This document shows positions 25,276 through 38,851 of a DNA stretch of 64,000 bases, in pieces (the first letter of the stretch is position 1; the number at the start of each line of letters is the position of its first letter). This DNA is from Mobula hypostoma (Eukaryota). The DNA is taken from the NCBI RefSeq assembly GCF_963921235.1, contig NC_086118.1:18664001-18728000 (forward strand), read 5' to 3'. The notes beneath the pieces are model-generated. The model worked only from the letters and a program-made list of their open reading frames with translations. It was not told the DNA's origin and did not search any database. The translations under genes were made by a program, and so were the position numbers.

Positions 25276-26589
25276 CTGACTCATTGACTGTAGGAGTTCA
25301 AGAAGATGGATCACTCAAGAACAACTTGGACTGGGAAATAAATCCTGGTTTGCTAGTGATGCCCAGGTCCGAATGAAACAATACACACTTAAAAAAAAAC
25401 ATTCACATCAAGCGTGCACAACCTGAATTCATAAACCAAAAGTGTCAAAGCCTGGATATTTTTGGGAAGATGCACTGTAAGGAAAGTATATTTTTTGTTG
25501 AAGCATCCAATTAAGCCATTTGCATTTCATCCTGTCTGGATCAAACAATTAAAAAACATCTGATAACTACTGGCAGATGAATCACAGCATTATGCCACAG
25601 TTTCCTTTAGTTAAATTAATTGGCAGTATATTATATAACCCATATAAAGCACTCAGCAGGTGCGGTGGCATCTGCAAGGGGAACAGTGCATTACAGTTCC
25701 TTTGTCAAAGTTCTTTATGCTTTGTAGATCTTTTAGTTAAAAACCCAACTTTATAACACAGGGCCACCTTTTCTTATTCTCTCTTAACCCTATCACCTCA
25801 AGGTGAGGGTGAGACACATTACTTGAACCACCGTAGCTCCGGGAGTAATGATGCTAATTGATAAGAGCTAAAGAGATTTTAATTCATTGGCAATAAAAGA
25901 AGGGCGATATGCTTCAAAGGTTGCAGCTTGGTTTGCAAGTGTTGGTATGTCCACGACCTTCTCCTTTGGATGAGCATGTCAGAGCATAATACTCAAGTAT
26001 TTGAAACGTCCTGATTGACGCTGTTATCTACATACTGCAACCAAGTCCTCAATGGAGGAGTTGGTTGAAGATGATGAAACATCACCACGGCAGTGAAGAC
26101 GGAGGAAGCAGCAGCAGTGAAGAGTCCCCAGTTATCTTGCGTTCCGTGTTACTGGACCCTAACTCCGAACTGTGAAGGGCCATGTGATGGCTGCCCCTGC
26201 ATCAGCCTATCTAGTTTAAACAAAGTCAGGCACAGGTGTTCTTCATGAAGGGAATCCAGCTTAACATCCCAGAATATGTGGGTCCCCAATAGGCCTCTAC
26301 AGACATGCGAGGACTCACCAATAAATAACCCCTTAGGAGAACATTGTACTCAACTAGAGTGATTGCACCCCTAATACTAACAGGGTGCTACGATTTGGAG
26401 CTAGATACATAGATACAGGAAAGACAGAAATGTTGACAGGTGTATGTTGTTTGATGTGAAACCATGTTTACTCTGTGAGTAAACCTAATCTATTTCAACT
26501 AAACACATTGCAGAATTGATGAGTCATTGTTTGCTAATTATCAAAACAAATCAATGGACTAATTACTCAAACCTGCAGCAAGCAGTTAG

Positions 26590-28300
26590 ACCATAAAACA
26601 ATAAGTCATAGGGGAAGACTTAGGCCACTTGACCTATTGAGTCTGTTCCACCATTCAATCATGGCTAATTTATTATTCCCTTTCTTCGTCATTCTCCTGC
26701 CTTGTCCCTGTAACCTTTGCATGTTTGTTAATCAAGCTTGCAAACGTGTTTACCTATCAACTTCAACTTTAAAAATACCCAATGACTTGACCTCAACAGC
26801 CATCTGTGAACTTGACATCCTCTTGATAAAGAAATTCCTCCTCACCTCTATTCTAAATGCACGTTACTTTATTCTGAGGCTGTGCCTCCTAGCCCTAGAT
26901 TCTCTCACTATTGGACCATCCTCTCCATATCCATTTTATCCAGGACTTTAAATATTCAAGAGGTTTCAAAGAGGTACCCTCTCATCCTTCTAAACTCTGG
27001 TGAGTAAAATCCCAGAGCAATCAAGCATTCCTCGTGTTAACCCTATCACCCCAAGGATCATTCTCATAAACTTCTAGATCCTCACCAAAGCTAATACATC
27101 CTCCCCTAGATATGGGGTGCAAAACTGCACACAATACTCCAAATATGTTCTGAACAATGTCTTAACAATCCTAAGTGTTACACTTTGACTTTTATTTTCT
27201 GGTCCTCTTGAAATGGATGCTAACTTTGAAATTGCCTCCCTTAAAACTGACTCAACCTTCAAATTAACTGTAGGACATGCTGCACTAGGACTCCCAAGTC
27301 CCTTGCACCTTGGATTACTGAGTTCTGTCTCCATTTAGAAATTAGTCTTTGCCTTTACAGTATTCCTTCTACAAAAGTTCACGACCATACACTTCCTTAT
27401 ACTGTGTTTGATCTGCCAACCTGTCCAATTCCTTCTGCAGACTTCCTGCTTCTTCAACATTACATGGCTCTCCATCAATCTTTCTATCACCTGCAAACTT
27501 GACAACAAAGCCATCAAGATCATTGACATATAACAGAACAAGTAGTGGACCCAGCACCAACATCTGGGAACGCAACTATTTACCGGCAGCCAACCAGAAA
27601 AGGCTCCCTTTATTCCAACTCTGTCTTCTGCCACTCAGCCATTGCTCTGTCCATGCTAGTATTTTCCTGCAATACCATGGGTTCCTATTTCATTTTTCAG
27701 CACCAGGTGTAGCACCTGGTCAAACGTCTTCAGCAAATTCAAGTAAACTACACTGATTGACCCTCTTTTGTTTACTCTGCGTGTTACTTCCTCAAAGAGT
27801 TACAACAAATTTGTCAGGCAAGATCGCCCTTCAAAAAACCTTGCTGACTTTGGCCAATTTTATCACCTGTTTCTAAGTCCCCTAAAACCTCATCCTTAAT
27901 AATGAAATCTAAAATCTTACTAATCACTGAAATTAGGCTATAATTTCCCATATTTTGGTTCTCTCCTTTCTTAAAGAGTGGAGTGACATTTGTGATTTTC
28001 CAATACTCTGGAATCATGCTTGAGTCTCGTGATTCTTGAAAGATCCCCATTAAAGTGTCCACACAATCTTTTCAGCTATTACTTTCAGGACCCTGGGGTA
28101 AAGTCCAACTGGTCTAGATAGCATTCACCTTCAGACCCTTCACCTTCTCAAGTACCTTCTTCTCAGTAATAGAAACTACACTCACTTCTGCCCCTTGACA
28201 CTCTCAAATTTCAGACATGCTGAAGGTGGTGTCTTCCACTGGGAAGGCTCGCGCAAAATAGTTATCTAGTTTGTCTGCCACTTCTTTGTTCCCCTACTAT
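26590..28300 (-). mobile_element. CR1 LINE (degenerate)
   Basis: ORF pieces YWKITNVTPLFKKG...SQQGFLKG, VLGPLL...KFAGD and LEYCVQF; same subfamily as 20600-22520. Confidence 0.93.
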
Positions 28301-29149
28301 GACATACTATAATGAGATTTTAAAAATAGTCACAACTAGCAAACAGGGTGGATTAGAGGGTTTTCTAGTCAGCAAATGAATACATCTTCTTTATATAAAT
28401 ATAATCTTAAATACTTGACCATTGTGTTACAATAAAGTGTTCACTGGTTAAATGTAAATATACTTTTTGAAAAATTACATGGATTTAAAAGGATTAAAAT
28501 GGGTTGATAGTAATTCAGCTATTGTACAGTAAGTAATTTGCATGGAGGTATTAAATTTACAGAAATAGACAAGTGTTTGAGAAGATTTGAATATATTTAC
28601 ACTGCTTGTCTTTGGGATCAAGAGAAAATTGGCATGTGAAATGGTTAGAATGGGATCTGGTTTGTTCTGTTTTTGTTTTATTTTTCTTCAATTGCTTTTA
28701 ATAACTATCCTTGATGAAGTATTAGTGAGCGAGAACTGTACAATGGGCTAAAAAATGATTTAAATTGTATTGATACATTTTATATTGAAACACACAGGAT
28801 ATTACTCACATTAGAAACTATCTATTGCAAGTTAAATGTGTCATCTTTCTTTGAATTTTCTTTAACACAAACACATTCAAGGATATTGTTATCTATTGTC
28901 ACAGGTTATAAGCATAGATGTGTAATTAGATGTAGAATTTTAAAAGTACTTGTCTTTTGTTTGTTTTCATTTTTTTTGCATAACATAATAGTGATGTTAA
29001 ATATATTACCCTTATCCATAATATATCATAGAATTTTTTTTGTTAAAAGGTCTTATCTCAGCACAGGCAAGGGATGTTGCCTAGATGCTTAAACGCAGAA
29101 AAGACTCTATGGCATTTGGGTGGGGTTTGTAAGCCTTCATTCATTTTGC

Positions 29150-29462
29150 ACAATCTATAGAGGTTTTCAATATCACGAGGGGCATGGATGTTATGAATAC
29201 ACACAGCCTTTTGACCCAGAAAAAGGGGACAAACAAAAATTAGGGGACAGAGGCCTAAGATGAGAAGGAAGATATTTAAAAGGGCCCGGAGGGGCAATTT
29301 TTTCATGTGAAATATAGTAGAGGTAGTTACAATTATAAAATAAAAGAGAAATCTGGATAAGTTCATGGATAGGAAAGGCTTAGAGGCATTTGGGCCAAAC
29401 ATGTGGGTACCTTGGTCAGTATATACAAGCCTGGCCCGAGGGCTTGTTTTCATTCTGTATTA
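29150..29462 (+). mobile_element. CR1 3' fragment (degenerate)
   Basis: Similar to other CR1 3' ends in the window; ggcccgagggcttgttt terminal motif. Confidence 0.7.
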
Positions 29463-30992
29463 CCTGGTCAGAAGCTCCTGTTTGCCTTGCTTGTAATGGT
29501 AATTTTCTATCTATTGCCAGAAAGGAAGAGGACTAATACAGAATAGAGGCTTGAATGTTCAACAATAGAATATTTTGCTTGAATTCTATAGAAGTTGAAT
29601 AATTAAGTCCTAAGATGCAATGAAACACAAACTTTGAAAAGAACAGGATAAATGAATGATATCAAAGATCAGTGTTAATAGACAATCATGTTTGGGAAAA
29701 ATATATATGAGGTAACTACCCCCTGTCACTTTGAAGTTTTGGAAACTAATTAATTCAGGAGACAATATAATGGCCTCTGAATATAGAGAGAATATTTGAT
29801 GAAAAAAAGGTAATGTGATCTAGCCCAAAAATTCAAGCCAGTTCTGTACCTGCAAATTTTTTCGAATATGTATTTGTGAAATGCACAAACTATCAGCCCC
29901 TACCTGCAGGTAATCTTACCTCTATCCAAGCAGATGAAGGAACATCAAACGATTCTTTGAATTATTTTCCTACCACACAACTGGCACTACATTTAACTTT
30001 GGTGAAAATATTAATATGTTACTGGGATATCGAAGTACATTCATTACAGCTTAGCAGCAGATTTTTTTTACATAATAACATTAGTATTAAAAATCATGCA
30101 CCACAACTGAGCTGTTTAACAATCCAAAGTGGTGCTATACTCCACACTACATTAGGAAGTACTGTATCTCGCAAATGTTTACTCTCATACCTGACCGCAC
30201 TGCAAGGTATGATAACATACGTAAATGCTGTTTTGCACCCTTATAAAAATGCTCACATTTTTTTCCTAAAATTTAAGGGGCCATATTTAAGGGCTTGAAA
30301 GACTTGTTTATGTAAGTCATTGCTAGCTGCCAGTTTAAAGGGGTACCTACTGAACAAGATGCATTCTGGCTAAGAGCTGACTTTTAACAAACATCACTTG
30401 AACTGCTTTTTCAGGCAGATTTTTCTTACGAGTAGTTCAAAGGAAATGTATCTTTGTTTTTCTTTGAATATTTCAGAAGCATTTTATAAACCCCGTTGTT
30501 TGTATTTGAACATTCAATACAATAGGAATAAAATATTTGTATTCGCAGAGACTGACGAGAACCCACAGTATCAAACTTACCTACACAAGCACGAAACAGC
30601 TGAGACAGATCTCAAGATTATTTTGCTGCCCTTCCTTCTGAGTGAGTAAAAATCACAAACCATCGACACACAAGTCAAATTGCCTCCTTACAATTTACTG
30701 GCCACACTAAAATGGAGAAGGCCATTCTGAGTTTTCTTTTACCAAATACAACCCAAAATGAACTGGAAGTTCTGGTGCAATAAAGATTTATATTGAAGGA
30801 TGTAATCAGATCCACATAAAATTCTCAAGAATACAAAATTTAAAAACTACAAGCTCGAGGCTTTGGAATTCAGAATTCAATTCCAGCATCCTCTGTCAGA
30901 AGTCCTTACATACTTCCCTTGAGTGCATGAGTTTCCTTTGGGTGCTCTTCTAGTTTCCTTCCAGAGTCCAAAGACATACTGGTTAGTAGGCT

Positions 30993-31359
30993 TTCTCTCA
31001 TTCTCTCATTCTTTCTCTCTCTCTCCTTTTTCTCCCTCTGTCCCTCTGAATATACCCCTTGCCCATCCTCTGGGTTTCCCCACCCCCCCTTCCCCCTTTT
31101 CCTTCCTCCTGGGCCTCCTGTCCCATGATCCTCTCATATCCCTTTTGCCAATCCCCTGTCCAGCTCTTGGCTCCATCCCTTCCCCTCCTGTCTTCTCCTA
31201 TCATTTTGGATCCCCCCTCCCCCTCCCACTTTCAAATCTCTTACTAGCTCTTCCTTCAGTTAGTCCTGACGAAGGGTCTCGGCCTGAAACGTCAACTGTA
31301 CCTCTTCCTAGAGATGCTGCCTGGCCTGCTGCGTTCACCAGCAACTTTGATGTGTGTTG
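30993..31359 (+). mobile_element. Penelope-like terminal-repeat insertion with a 14-bp TSD
   Basis: ctggttagtaggct duplicated at 30979-30992 and 31360-31373; contains the CT-rich tract, the hammerhead motif and gatgctgcctggcctgctgcgttcaccagc. Confidence 0.9.
31261..31298 (+). ncRNA. Minimal type I hammerhead ribozyme motif (Penelope-associated)
   Basis: UAGUC-CUGACGA-AGG-GUCUCGG-CCU-GAAA-CG-UC-AACUG: intact core, stem II AGG/CCU, palindromic ACGU in place of stem III, stem I with one C-A mismatch; predicted cut after 31293. Confidence 0.8.
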
Positions 31360-32107
31360 CTGGTTAGTAGGCTAATTGGTTATTGTAAATTGTTCTGTGA
31401 TTATGCTGGGATTAAATAGGTGAGTTGCTGGATGGGTTGGCTCATAGGGCCTGAGGGGTCTGTTCTGCACTGTATCTCTAAAATAAAATAAAAATTAAAA
31501 AATAAATAAAATAGAGAAACACACACAAAATGCTGGAGGAATATAGCAGGCCAGGCAGCATCTATAGAGAGGAATAAAGAGTTGATACTTTGGGATGAAA
31601 TCCTGCATCAGGACTCAAAAGGAAGGGAGAAGGCGCCAGAATAAGAAGATGGAGGGAGGGAAAGGAATACAAGCTAGAAAGTGATAGGTGAGGGGGAAGG
31701 TAGGTAGGAGGAGGAGAGGGAGGAAATGAGAAGCTGGGAGGTGATAGGTGGAAAAGCAAAAGGAGAAAGAATCTGACAGGAGAATAAAGTGGATTATGGG
31801 GATAATGAAGGAGGACGGCCACCAGAGGGAGGTAATAGGCAAGTAAGGAGAAAAGGAGAAGTGAGAGAGGAGCTAGAATGGGGAATGGAAGAAGAGAGAA
31901 GTGGGATGGGGAGAAATAACAGTAAGTTAGAGCAATCAATGTGCATGCCTAAGATTGGAGGCTATGAGGTGCTGCTACCCCAACCTGAGGGTGGCCGCAT
32001 CTTGGCAGTAGAGGAGACCACAGACTGACAAGCTGGTCTGGGAAAGGGGATTCGACAATAAAAGGTTGGCCTTCAGGAATCCTGGAGCCCTGAATGGTGG
32101 TGAGGGA

Positions 32108-33662
32108 CAATGTTCCCTCTAAAGTGTGTGCGTGTGCGCATGCTATTAGATGGTGACAGAATCTTTTGCTACTAGAATGTAAGGGAATTTAAACTGCGCA
32201 CAAAAGGTTGTCACCCTCTACCTTATCGGCATGTTAAGTATATTTCACAATTGAACACAATCTCATTTTCTTTTTCAGTTTCTGATGCAGCCGGTGTTGA
32301 CAAAGTGGAGTTTGCAAAGATTTGTCCGCAGATTTTAGAACTGGCTTACTTATACTGTTTTTCTTGAAGGAATTATTGATTCACTATGTTGAAATCCAAA
32401 GAAGCAAAGGGTGTGAAGCACAAAAGAACTGCAAGTTCATTTAAAGCAGAATGGCTTAATGAAACAGTAGAAACTGCTACACTGAAAGCTCATGAGGTCA
32501 GGAATATGCAGCTATGAGAAATATTTAAGTACAATACAGAAAATGGTGTTACCTACATGTATTTAAGTACAACGAGATCTAGGTGTCCTTGTTCATCAGT
32601 CACTGAAAGTAAGCATGCAGGTACAGCAGGCAGTGAAGAAAGCTAATAGCATGTTGGCCTTCATAACAAGGGGACTTGAGTATAAGAGCAAAGAGGTCCT
32701 TCTGCAGTTGTATAGGGCCCTGGTGAGACCACAACTGGAATATTGTGTACAGTTTTGGTCTCCAAATTTGAGGAAGGACATTCTAGCTATTGAGGGAGTG
32801 CAGCGTAGGTTCACAAGGTTAATTCCCGGGATGATGGGACTGTCATATATTGAAAGATTGGAGCAACTGAGGTTGTATACACTGGAATTTAGAAGCATGA
32901 GAGGGGATCTGATTGAAACATTTAAGATTATTAAGGGATTGTACATGCTAGAGGCAGGAAACATGTTCCCGATGTTGGGGGAGTCCAGAACCAGAGGCCA
33001 CAGTTTAAGAATACGGGGTAGGCCATTTAGAACGGAGTTGAGGAAAGACTTTTTCACACAGAGGGTTGTGGTTCTGTGGAATGCTCTGCCTCAGAAGGCA
33101 GTGGAGGCCAATTCTCTGGATCCTTTCAAGAAAGAATTAGATAGAGCTCTTAAAGATAGCGGAGTGAAGGGATATGGGGAGAAGGCAGGAAAAGAGTACT
33201 GATTGTGGATGATCAGCCATGATCACAGTGAATGGTGGTGCTGACTCAAAGGGCTGAATGGCCTACTCCTGCATCTATTGCCTATTGTCTATTGTTGCAA
33301 TGTAAAAGTTGCTGGAGAATTTGCAAGTGGGAAGGAATGGAGTGATATTTGGAAACCTGACTTCTTAAAGCATCATTTAGCAAGCAAGTCACATGTGGAC
33401 AGTGTGCAAAAGCTCTGGCGAGAAAATCCTTCATTAATTGCAATTGGCCTGCAACATATGTTTTGTGAGAGTGCAGATGAATGAGAGTGAAAACTATCAA
33501 ACCCGGAGGAGATCAAAGTTCTTATTGACAGTGTTTTGCTAGCTGTTAAAATGAATACCTCTCTATATAAAATTTAGTGCATATCTGTTGTTGTCACTGA
33601 AAAAAATTGCAGAGCACAAGATTTTTGCACACGCTGGTCATTATAAATTAAAGGGAACATTG
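32108..33662 (+). mobile_element. Internally deleted hAT (Tip100-like) DNA transposon
   Basis: TIRs CAATGTTCCCTCTAA / TTAAAGGGAACATTG (14/15); 8-bp TSD gtgaggga/gtgaagga (7/8); transposase N-terminal remnant from ATG 32386 (SSFKAEWL...) and CC...DFLKHHLASKSH zinc-finger-like segment. Confidence 0.88.
32562..33290 (+). mobile_element. Young 5'-truncated CR1 inserted in the hAT
   Basis: Uninterrupted ORF 32615-33202 (LYRALVRPQLEYCVQFWSP...TRGHSLRIRG...FFTQRVV), 3' UTR and (ctattg)n tail. Confidence 0.95.
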
Positions 33663-36164
33663 GTGAAGGAAGAAGTGAATGGGCAGATGTACCACTTCTT
33701 CCACTTGCTTATAGAGGAATGACCCTGAAGAACTGATTGCTAATTAAATTCAGGAACAAATTATGTCAGAAATCTCTTGCCTAGCAGCATAGCAATTGTG
33801 AGAGTAGCCAAATGAAAAGTGCAAGATTGGGCTGGTAAAGTGGGTAGCAGCAGGGACCAATTGTTTAGCAGCTTGAGGTCCACACTGAAGGCTGAGGTGC
33901 CTGAGGATCCTTCTTGCATGGAATGTACGAGGTGTGCCTTGAATACACATGGCTTGTGGTTCTTCATCAGTTTGCAAAGGGAGAGTTTCTTTTTGAATAG
34001 TCTTTCATGTCTCTACCACTAAAGTAATTTATGAATTGTAGATACAATTTTAATGTGTGTTGTTAGACTCCAACAGAAATTATTCTGTGAAAGTTATATC
34101 CATTCGTAGCAAGCATTGCACAGTCTAATCCGGGAATATTTACATAGTTATCTCTATACGTAGTAGCTCCAAAAATAAATAGGTATCCTAGTTGTTGTTT
34201 GCAAGGGCACAGAAAACGTCAAATCCAAAAGGGCTAGAACAGCATAACCTATCATAAAGTAACTGCTTGTTGAATTAAAATTCAATTGTGATTTTTAGTG
34301 CAAGGTATAATCTACTGAAGCACGGAAAGTGGCTCGCTCTTATAAATATCCTGCTAGCATTCCTGTTGAATCACATCTTCTTTATTTGCATTCAACATCC
34401 TCGTGCTGCTCAGAGGTAAAACTCCAATGACTTTTTTTTCTAACGCCCACTGTGCATTGTTGGTGTACACAGCATTAGTGGTTAATGCTGTGTAAGGAGC
34501 ACTTTGTATATGTGGATGTTCAACAGCGGAGGTAAGCTGGATAGCAAAGCAATCAGAGTTCAGACACTGCAATAATTTATATTTATATATATATTTCTAG
34601 ATTCCAGTTCTTTAAACCCATTCATGATGTGAACCTGGAATTAGAAAGATAACTTTAAACACAGTGCAATTTATTTGAATTATTGAGTTTCTCAAGCATT
34701 TAGCTCATTGGCAATTAATTAAATGCCATTGTTTTAAATTTTAGGGAATGTTGCAGAAATAAATAATAGTACTTCACAGAAATTAATATATTATTATTGA
34801 TATGAAAATAACAATCCATCAAACTGTTATAGTTTATCGATTTTAGGGACATTTCTTATTCATTTGATGCTGAACTTGCAGTGTCATTGACATGTCTCAG
34901 TATATTAGGCCAGTGTGCTGTTCACTCGTCTATTCAGCACAAGCAACAATATACATTTAAAGGCTTCCACAGGTTGGTTATAAGGGCTAAAGGTACTGTA
35001 AATTTAGTGCTGTTTTGATTTTTTGAACTGGTGCTTGGCTTAAATTGCAGTAACTGAAAATTGCCCATCAGCAACAGCTTGTAATCTTGACATTAGTGAA
35101 TAAAGGCATTTAACACAAAAGCGTAATATTGATGTGTCCTTAAAGAGTTGTATTGTTTTAAACTGAAATATTGAATTATTTGCAGTCTATGTAGACTAAA
35201 GAATAGAGAGACATCTGCAATTGGAAATGTCCTCGGGAGATGATGACAGGATGCCATGTTATTCCTCCCTGCTCAAACCCACCCCCAGCCCATGCCAGCA
35301 GAGAGCACAGCTTCTGTTGATAATTGGTTTTTCAAAGCTGCAGATGACTAGTATGGTAAAGTAATGCCCCAAGTACTTATAGCATATTTGAGGCAATACC
35401 TTATTTGCTGTATTTGGCCTTAAAAGAACAGACTCTGTGCTGAACCAGAGAGGTAATGATAAATGGCCAATTAGGAATAGTTTTGAAATTAATTCAATTT
35501 GATTTTGTTTTCATTCATGGAACGAGGCCGTCACAGGAGCGACCAACATTTATTACCCATCATCAGTGCTGTTGTACAAAGGCGCCATTTCATCCAGAGA
35601 ATCACCTGCTTTTCAATGGGTCTGGAGTCACAAGCAAGCCAAATCAGGTAGGAATGACAGATTTCTTCCCATCAGGGATCTTGGTGAACCAGATGGGACT
35701 TTATGATAATTGGTGGCTGCATGGTTACCATAACTAGAACTAGTTTGTATTTCAGATTTATTGACTTTGATAGATGGGAATTGACTAAGTTGATTACAAT
35801 GCAAAAATGTGACAATGTTATACTGTATGTGTAAAGCATGCAGATAAGGCTGAATTTCTGTCTAATATTTTGCCTCCATCCGGTTCAATTGAATTGAGAA
35901 TCTGAGAACAACTGTGTCATTGAAATGCAATGAATTCTGTGCCATAAACCTAAATCAAGTATATATGTTTGAACCGTGACTTACTTTGTCCTTCTAATGC
36001 AAAAGAAGCTAAGTTTCATCACACTGCCTCAGCTTATTCCTTCTTGAGAGCAAGAGCAATGGAACATAGCAGGCAAGACCAGGAGTTGGCAACTAGTCCC
36101 TACTACAAGACAATCATGGCTGATCTGTCCTAACCATTCTCCATATCCCTTGATTAACTTACTT

Positions 36165-36560
36165 AGTCACAGAGTCACAGTCAACACAGCATGGATGTAG
36201 GACTTTTAGCCCAAAGTGCCCACCCAGGTAGTTCCAAATTCAATGTGTTTGTCCTATATCCTTTTAAGCACCGCCCGCCCCCCCCCCCAATATACCTAAC
36301 CAATTGCTTTTGAAATGATAAAATTGTACCTGCCTCAGCCACTTCCTTTGCCAGCTCATTCCATACAATCCATGTGAAAAGGTTACCCCTCAGGTCCCTT
36401 TTAAATATTTCCCCTCTCACCCTATACCTACATCCCTAGTTTTGGACTCCCCTATTCTAGAGAAAAGACCATCCACTTTATCTATGCCTCTCTTCATTTT
36501 AAATAGTCCCTCTTTCTCCTATGTTCCAAGGAGTAAAGATCTAGTCTGACCACCGTCTCC
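36165..36560 (-). mobile_element. CR1 3' fragment
   Basis: ORF 36181-36420 FKRDLRGNLFT...WNEL; agtcacagagtcacag tail. Confidence 0.8.
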
Positions 36561-37469
36561 CTATAAACAAAGCTCTCTTATGCCTTTTCATCTTCTCACA
36601 GAGAAGAGGTTCTTGCAGAGGTGTCATTTTAATGTCAACATCTGACAAATGCAAGCACATAAGAACAATAAAGAAGAGTGGCTTATAGCAGAGACCAGTA
36701 ATGGCAAGAAACTACCGCAAACATCACTTCGATCTCTAGCATATAGAATTTCCTTATGGTAAAGGAAAGCACTTGAAAGTACTTTACAATTTGGAAACTA
36801 AATGGTTAGAATTCTAACATCAGGCTACAAGTCTGGTTCAAGTAATGATCTTTAAAGGAGGCAGAGAGGTAATGACAACTTTAGGCAGTAGGACTCATGC
36901 AAATCGAAGACTTTCCAAAGGATATTATAGGAGTTTGACAGGGAGACCTTGACAGAGGCTAAGAGTACGTTGGCAGATGGATGAGTCAAAGGTAAATTTT
37001 ACCTTTGAGGATTTTAAGGGTGAAGGCTATGCAGTTCAGTAGTTACATAGATAATAAAAGAGGATGCATGAAATGCTGTTCTGGGTGATTGGAGTTTACG
37101 AAGGATTTGGAATAAGAAGTCAGCAGGGACTAGACTTAAATGGTCAGATATAGAGATAAAGACATGTAGTCTTCCTACCGTCCAGGTTAGCATCTAAACC
37201 AATAGGCAATGGTAGTGTGTGCTTCTCAACTTTGTGTCTTTATTCTCAGCAGCCTTAAAGCAAGCTGCTTGATTAGGTCTTGGTTCTGCCATCACTCCGC
37301 TATAGCTTCGATTGAGTGCTTGTTGGCTATGTACTGCCCAGAATTAATGTAACACTTCAGGCAGTGCTAGGGCAGTTATTCATTCTCAGAGTTATGGCCT
37401 TTGAGATGTTATGCTAATTTAAGGCCCCATCTGCTTCCTTGGAGGAATGTAAAATATTTCTTTGCACTT

Positions 37470-37733
37470 TGAAATGTTTAATGGGAACATAAGGTGGAAC
37501 TTCTTCACTCAGAGGGTGGTGAGAGTGTGGAAATGGCTGCCAGCAAAAGTGGTAAATTGTAGTTTGATTTCAACATTGATGATAAATTTGGATAGATACG
37601 TGGGTGGGGGGGGGTACGGAGGGCTATGATCTGGGTGTAGGTTAATGGGACTATGCAAACTAATAGTTCAGCACAGATTTGATGGGCCAAAGGGTCTGGT
37701 ATTGTGCTGCATTGTTCTATGACTCTATGACTT
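37470..37733 (+). mobile_element. CR1 3' fragment
   Basis: ttcttcactcagagggtggtgagagtgtgg (FFTQRVVRVW); tail ttctatgactctatgact. Confidence 0.85.
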
Positions 37734-38289
37734 TTAAGAGAAGAGTAGGGGAGTTCAAAACAATGTGTTTGCTTATACCTACAGCCCTTCCACTACCTCC
37801 AACAAACACCACAGAAATAAAGTATCTGGATTTTATATCCAGGTATCTGTAAGACACTTAAGTGCAAATTCTCTGCTAACTTTCCCACATTACAACAATG
37901 ACCACACCTCAAAAGTACTAGTTGTAAAGCACTTTCAGATATCCAGGATCATGAAAGGCATATATAATCACAGAATTTTATTTTCAAATTGGCTCATTTT
38001 TGCAGTAAAAAAAAATGCATCCTAGAATTTCATCAGTGCCTGCAAAAAGATGTTAAACTGTGGCTGCATGGTGAATCTGTCAATGAAGGTCCATCCATTA
38101 AAATTCAATAGTGCCAAGGTTATTTGATGTCATGGATATTTCCTCAGTATGTCCTGGATTGAGATGGGAGCATGGGGGGAGGTCAGCCCAGACACTAGAG
38201 GAGCAACTTGGTCATGGATCAGGAGGAATGTTTCTGAAGGGAGCCTGCATGTGATTCGTGTGATTGGTGTTGATGGGATGAATTATAAA

Positions 38290-38612
38290 TGTCACAGTTG
38301 AGCTCATTGTCCTATGCATACACAGGTGCATTGAAAACTTGATGCAGTATCACAGGAAAATCACAAGAAGGTATAAATTAAACACAAATTATATGAAAAA
38401 GAACACAATTAGAACAAAAATTGTGGAGTGCAAAGTAGTTATAATGTTGCTCTACTGAGGCAGTGATTAGGGTTCAGAAACTGATTGGTTGAAGTAAAGT
38501 AGCTGTCTTTGTATCTGGTGGTGTGAAGCTTCAAGCTTCTGTACCACCTTCTTGATGGTAGCAGCAAGAAGATGATATGGCCCAGTTGGTGAGCATTTTT
38601 AATGATAGATAT
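38290..38612 (-). mobile_element. Rex1/Babar-type 3' fragment (degenerate)
   Basis: Resembles 57250-57390 and 23820-23970 (tctggtggtgtgaagcttcaagcttctgtacc...tgatggtagcagc). Confidence 0.6.
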
Positions 38613-38761
38613 TACCTTCTATGATCCAAGGATAGGGTTTGTTGGTACTGGGTGATAGGTGGGGATGTGGGATGGGCAGAAGATTGGAGGATAGAAAGAA
38701 AAAAGGGCCAGATGGTAGGTGATTGGACAGAGTTATTGCTCAAAAACACGTGAAATGTATG

Positions 38762-38851
38762 AGCAACACACACAAAAAATGTTGGTGAACGCAGCAAGCC
38801 AGGCAGCATCTATAGGAAGTGGTACAGTCAACGTTTTGGGCCGAGACCCTT
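38762..38851 (-). mobile_element. Short Penelope terminal-repeat fragment
   Basis: agcaacacacacaaaaaatgttggtgaacgcagc...cagtcaacgttttgggccgagaccctt, truncated within the hammerhead motif. Confidence 0.85.

Larger units (their letters stand above)
22810..25380 (+). mobile_element. Old degenerate CR1/L2-group LINE interrupted by two younger LINEs
   Basis: Remnants KAVEPDNVVAVVLKACS, PVHKK and tttgctgatgat (FADD) at 22810-23620; a 3'-end-like segment resumes at 25280-25380. Confidence 0.55.
30860..31512 (+). mobile_element. V-SINE (HE1-like) split by a Penelope insertion
   Basis: V-domain-like gtttcctttgggtgctc...gtttccttccagagtccaaagac; CR1-derived tail gggcctgaggggtctgttctgcactgtatctct(aaaat)n. 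Confidence 0.75.
31516..33712 (-). mobile_element. Penelope-like element 3' part, interrupted by a hAT element
   Basis: Reverse complement of the PLE terminal repeat at 31516-32107; sequence resumes at 33663 after the hAT TSD. Confidence 0.8.

Noticed and set aside
30923..31375. 150-aa ORF
   Set aside because: Spans a SINE/Penelope junction and a pyrimidine tract; similar spurious ORFs occur at 31562-31939 and 48462-48776.
32596..33057. 153-aa minus-strand ORF
   Set aside because: Antisense to the CR1 ORF2 fragment.
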